From contig CAWJJC010000027.1 in NCBI GenBank assembly GCA_963843145.1, forward strand, positions 64,001 through 128,000: a stretch of 64,000 nucleotides of DNA, written 5' to 3'. A program made the translations under genes and the position numbers. The stretch comes from an uncultured delta proteobacterium. GTDB taxonomy: Bacteria > Desulfobacterota > RBG-13-43-22. This document shows positions 59,303-64,000 of the stretch, piece after piece. Position 1 is the first letter of the stretch; the number at the start of each line of letters is the position of its first letter. Under the pieces are notes generated by a model. That model ran no database searches, was not told the DNA's origin, and saw only the letters and a list, made by a program, of their open reading frames with translations.

Positions 59303-59896
59303 GTGCGTCATTGGCTGATAACAGCAATCCTTATCTGCCTGTTTTTCCCTGAAACCGGCTGGTCGGACATCTATTACTGGATAGATGGCCAGGGAATTCA
59401 GAACTATACCGGGAACCTGGAGAGCGTTCCCGAAAAGTACCGTTCACAAGCGCAACTGCTTTCTCTTCCGCCGGCGCCGCCGGCTCCCCCTGAACTGGCC
59501 CCGAGCCCACCCAACCGGGGCACGACGAGAATCCCCTTCACCCCCGGCTCTCCTGTTTTGGTGCAAGCCAAAATCAACGGCATCGGACCCATCACGCTTA
59601 TACTGGATACCGGTGCGGAGGGTACTATAATTTCACCTTCGGTCCTGACCCGGTTAGGTCGCGCCCCTGAAAATGGGCCGCCCCTTACCTTGAAAGGCGT
59701 GACGGGAATGGGTTATGCGAGTAGAGTCTGGGTTGATTTCATCGAAGTCGGTGATACCAAAGTAGGTCCCCTGCTGATTGCCGTTTATGAGGCTGACCTG
59801 AGAGGAGCCGAAGGTTTACTGGGCCGGGACTTTCTATCCCACCTAAAGGTAACTATTGACTCCAAGGAAAAAGTGGTTACGCTGTCGCCTAATTGA
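59303..59896 (+). CDS. Secreted DUF4124-like plus retropepsin-like aspartyl protease
   Basis: Signal peptide, IYYWIDGQG...Y, LILDTGA, GLLGRDFL. Confidence 0.85.
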   Translation: MRHWLITAILICLFFPETGWSDIYYWIDGQGIQNYTGNLESVPEKYRSQAQLLSLPPAPPAPPELAPSPPNRGTTRIPFTPGSPVLVQAKINGIGPITLILDTGAEGTIISPSVLTRLGRAPENGPPLTLKGVTGMGYASRVWVDFIEVGDTKVGPLLIAVYEADLRGAEGLLGRDFLSHLKVTIDSKEKVVTLSPN

Positions 59897-60010
59897 GGGC
59901 AGGGGGCAACGAAACGGGAAAAGGACTGTCCGCAAACCGCGGGATCGGCACCCCTTTTTCCGAAAGGTGCATTTCATCTAGCCTTTTATTCTATTGAGGA
60001 GGGAACGAGC

Positions 60011-61054
60011 GTGGAAGAAAAAATGCGTGTCATGAACGAAAAACCGCGCAATGCGGAAACCCCGATTCAATATCTTCGTTCGTGGATTACGGCCAATGCC
60101 GTCTTCTTCGACCGCAATCAGGGTGAAATCCCTGAGAAACCGGTAGCCCTCTCGGAGTGGGAGCTTGTCATCGAGGGGGAAGTGGAAGAGCCTCTCCGCG
60201 TCAATTTCGACCAGATCTACCGAATGCCCAAGACCATCGTCGCGAACACGCTGGAATGTTCAGGAAACAGCCGGTCACTTCTGGAAGAAAAGGCCGCGGG
60301 AAATCCCTGGACCATCGGCGGTGTTGGAAATGCCGTCTGGGGCGGAGTCTGGCTCAGGGATCTTTTAAACCAAAGTGGTTTAAAAAGGGGCGCGCAACAG
60401 GTGGCCTTCGAAGGGTTGGATAAACCCCTGGGCGGCAAACAGGTAAAATTCATCCGCAGCATCCCGATCGAGAAGGCCATGTCATCAACCCTCCTGGCCT
60501 ACGAGATGAACGGCGAACCACTGCCGCTGAAACACGGGTTCCCTTTAAGGGCCCTGGCCTTGGGCTGGACTGGCGCCAACTGTGTGAAGTGGCTTTCCAA
60601 AGTCACGGTCTTGGACCGGCCCTTGGAAGGGTTTTTCATGGACCAAGTCTATCGGGTGTTTCCAAAGGGAGAAGATCCCAAATCCGGTGAGGTGGTAACC
60701 GGCCTGAAACTGAAGTCCATCATCACCCAACCGGTCAAAGGAGAGCACCTTCCCCCGGGGATGGTGACCATCCTGGGAGCGGCCTATGCCGGACCGATCG
60801 ATGTGGAAGGGGTTGACGTGTCGGTGGACGGCGGGCAAACGTGGAACCGGGCCGCCTTTATCGGTCCGCACGAGCCGTTTGCCTGGCGGCAATGGCAGTA
60901 CTTGTGGGAAGTGGATAAAGAGGGCGAATATACCATCATGTCCCGTGCTATTGACGCGGAGGGACGTCAACAGCCCCTGAACGCGCAGTGGAATGTCTTG
61001 GGATACGGCAACAACGGGGTAATGGAGCATGCGGTCACCATGCATATCGTCTGA
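60011..61054 (+). CDS. Sulfite oxidase-family molybdopterin oxidoreductase
   Basis: LECSGN, NAVWGGVWL, RSIP, LAYEMNGEPL..HGFPLR, VKWL, and a C-terminal dimerisation domain. No signal peptide seen. Confidence 0.9.
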   Translation: MEEKMRVMNEKPRNAETPIQYLRSWITANAVFFDRNQGEIPEKPVALSEWELVIEGEVEEPLRVNFDQIYRMPKTIVANTLECSGNSRSLLEEKAAGNPWTIGGVGNAVWGGVWLRDLLNQSGLKRGAQQVAFEGLDKPLGGKQVKFIRSIPIEKAMSSTLLAYEMNGEPLPLKHGFPLRALALGWTGANCVKWLSKVTVLDRPLEGFFMDQVYRVFPKGEDPKSGEVVTGLKLKSIITQPVKGEHLPPGMVTILGAAYAGPIDVEGVDVSVDGGQTWNRAAFIGPHEPFAWRQWQYLWEVDKEGEYTIMSRAIDAEGRQQPLNAQWNVLGYGNNGVMEHAVTMHIV

Positions 61055-61123
61055 GGGTGCAATTGGAATTTCCTATTGTTCTTTTGCATTCACTAACCGG
61101 GGGCCAACCAAGCTATTCTGCTG

Positions 61124-61918
61124 ATGTCGTCAACGGTAGTCCCGACCAAAACCCAGATGGTCGACAGCGCCGGCGGCCGGAGCCAACTCGCCCAGCTCAC
61201 CACCAGCGGCTTGGTACTCCTGGTGCTTCTCTTCTTGACCGCCCCGCTGGCCTACCTGCCGGAGGCGGTCCTCTCCGCGATCGTCTTTCTCATCGGTCTG
61301 GAACTGATCGATGTCCAAGGTATGCGCAAGATCTTCGCCGAGCGACCCTGGGAGTTTTGGGTAGCGCTGATCACGGCCGCGGTTGTGGTCATTGTGGGGG
61401 TCGAGCAGAGCATTCTCCTGGCGATAGTCTTGTCGCTCGTGGTGCATACGCGCCATGGCTATCAGGTGAACAACATGGTGATTGTTCATGACCAGACACT
61501 CGGCTGGCGGCAGCAGCAGATTAACCTCCCGGAACAGGCCGCACCCGGTCTCATGATTTACCGGTTCATGCACAATATGTACTACGCCAATATCGAGGTA
61601 CTCCATAATGAGGTCGTCGGACTGGCCAGAGGCGCGCAGCCTCCCTTATCATGGTTCTGCATCGATGCCGCGGCGGTCAACGATGTGGACTTCACGGCGG
61701 CCGAAGCATTGCGCTCAATTCACGGCATCCTGAAATCGCTGGGGATCAAACTCGTCTTTTGCCAACTTGTCGAGGAAGTCCGCCGGGAATTTGACCGATC
61801 CCAGCTCACCGAGCTGTTCGGCCGGGATGCTTTTTTTGAAACCCCCAACGCGGTGTTAAACGCCTTTGTCGAGAAGGACCACCTCTGGATCGACAACCGC
61901 GATATAATTACGGAATAA
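61124..61918 (+). pseudogene. 5'-truncated SulP anion permease (last TMs plus STAS)
   Basis: VVNGSPTKT (after correcting one indel), GGRSQLA, LPEAVLSAIV, STAS YYAN..DVDFTA. The N-terminal half is absent and there is no RBS. Confidence 0.75.
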
Positions 61919-62085
61919 TTAGCCTGATAAGGTCAAGTTAGTAGCGGCTGACCTCCCTCTCGCCGGGTTCCGGATATAAATACAGTCTTTCCCTTCATAC
62001 AATTACAGCCTTTACCTTATTCTTTTATTTACTATCTTTAGTTAAATAGTTAAAATTATAATAAAGTTGTTATCCCTGTGGGTAA

Positions 62086-64000
62086 TTGGAGAAATTTAAA
62101 ATGAAAAAGATCAGGATGTTTAGGGAGGGGATGACCTCTTTTTCGGTGGATTTCAGCCGTAGGACCAGGGCCTCCTCCCGTAGGAGTCTAATCTTCGTAA
62201 TGGCCCCTCTCAGGACGTGTTTGATCGCCTTCAGCCTGATCCTCACCCTGCTTCCAGCGGCGAAAACGTCTGCTCAGCCGGTCCCGGCGCCGGTCGGAAA
62301 CAAAAGTCCAATGACTTCGGCTGAACCCCGGCCGCGATCCCTGGGCGCGGCCGGCTGTCAGTGGACCTACTATCCGATTTCCGGCGGTCAGCTCCAACCG
62401 GAGCAGCCGCTCTTTAACGATCCCGATAATACGCCCCTCATCAATCTGAGCCTGGGCAATATGTTTAAAGGAAAATCCACCCACTTAAACAGCACCGGCT
62501 CAACGGATTTCGACGGCGACAACAAGACCGACGTCTTCCGCACCCTGCCGCGCTCCGACGGCAACCTGCAATGGCAATACTCCAGCGGCGGTGCCGGTCC
62601 CTGGCAGGACCTGGCCTATGCCAGCAATACCCTGCCGGCTTCGGCGTTGCAGTTTGGTGATTTCAATGGCGACAGCAAGACAGATGTCTTCGCCAGCTAT
62701 TATGACACTGCCCCAACCTATCATTGGCTGTACTCCCCCAGCGGGACGGACAGCTTCGTCACCCTGAATACTTCGACTATTCTTCGCGGATCGCCTGGCA
62801 CTCGGCGATTTCAACGGCGACGGCAAAACGGACGTTTTCACCGCCACGCTACAGAACAATGTCTACCAATGGGGCTACTTCCCCGGCGGGAACGGCGGTA
62901 TGGTGCAACTGGCCTTTGCAGCGACCGATCCGTCGTTGCTGCGCTTTGGCGATTTCGACGGCGACGGCAAGACCGACGTTTTCGCGGCTACCCAGCAGGC
63001 CGACGGTTCAACCCAATGGCTGTATTCCAGCGGGGGGGCAACCAGTTACACCAACTCTGACTACGACCACCGTGCCTTACTCGGAGCTGAAATTCGGCGA
63101 CTTCGACGGCGACGGCAAGACCGATGTGCTGGCCGCGCTGCCCCAGGCCGATGGCGGCCTGCAGGTGGTCTACTGGCCGGGCGGGCTCGGCCCGGCGGTC
63201 ACCTTGGGATACATCCCGGCGCCCGCCCCCGCGCTGCGGGTGGGGGACTTCAACGGCGACGGCATCTCCGACCTGCTGGCGCTGCGCTGCGGAATGCCGG
63301 GGCCGCTGGCTTTCGGTCCGCGGCAAACCCTGGCGACGTCCGGTTATGGCACGTTTTATAAGACCCTGACCGGGGACGTCAACGGCGATGGCCGGCCCGA
63401 CGTGATTTTGATCTCGACTTGCCAGAACCCCAACCCCTTTGGAATATGCGCCACCCACCACCTCCAGGTCGGCGTGGCGCTGGGTACGCCCGCCCATACC
63501 GACACCCTGGTGGCGCCGCAGCAGTTGGGGGCCGATAGCCTGGACTTCACCTATTACAAGGTTCTGGCCGGCGATTTCGACGGCGATGGGAAAACCGACC
63601 TGGCGCTGATCAATGGCACTCCCACCAGCCTGACGATCTATGTGGCCCGCTCCAATGGCGATGGGAGTTTCACACTGGGTTCCCCGCAGACCTTCACAGG
63701 AGAAAACTGGTCCATACTTCAACCCCATCGTGGGCGATTTCAACGGCGACGGCAAAGCCGACCTGGCCTTCACGACGGTTTGCAATACGGTTCCTTGCAA
63801 GCCGGCAGTTGTACTGATGGGGATAATAACGCCGTGTATGTGGCCACTTCCACCGGCGCCGGGACCTTTACCCTGGGCGCCCGTCAGGACCTGGGCCCGG
63901 CCAACGGGTGGGTCGACTTCTATGCCTTCGCCGGCGATTTCAACGGCGATGGGAAAACCGACCTGGTCTTCAACTCCACCTGCCAGAAGAAGAATTACAT
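62086..64000 (+). CDS. Secreted FG-GAP/VCBS repeat protein, several frameshifts, runs off the window
   Basis: Repeated GDFDGDGKTD/GDFNGDG motifs across shifting frames and an N-terminal hydrophobic segment. Start uncertain. Confidence 0.8.

Overview
Bacterial chromosomal window, most likely from an anaerobic Desulfobacterota (deltaproteobacterial) genome. This is inferred from the Sec/Tat formate dehydrogenase, multiheme cytochromes, a heme-c chemoreceptor and typical intergenic repeats. It holds a housekeeping backbone (recD2, ttcA, rlmH, thrC, ftsY, smc, glyQ/glyS, recO, asnS, surA-like, pncB, queF), an ino1 + CDP-alcohol phosphatidyltransferase pair, fdhAB, a Liv-type ABC transporter with an acyl-CoA ligase, and an accessory 3' region of secreted proteins and IS relics. 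The most striking feature is a single 740-codon ORF (11065-13287). It joins a DndC-type DNA phosphorothioation sulfurtransferase to a sulfur-binding domain (SBD) and an HNH nuclease, with no dndA/B/D/E in the window, which puts a PT writer and a PT reader-nuclease in one polypeptide. Other points of interest are a recurring [YF]LP[LA][IV] terminal motif on unrelated exported proteins, tandem NrdR-like boxes before smc, an internally deleted Lon-like gene, and several interleaved families of small intergenic repeats. Many genes carry single-base indels, mostly in short homopolymers, that look like assembly errors, so frameshift and fusion calls need read-level checks. No tRNA, rRNA or CRISPR array was recognised. 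All calls come from motif recognition by eye; no database search was run.
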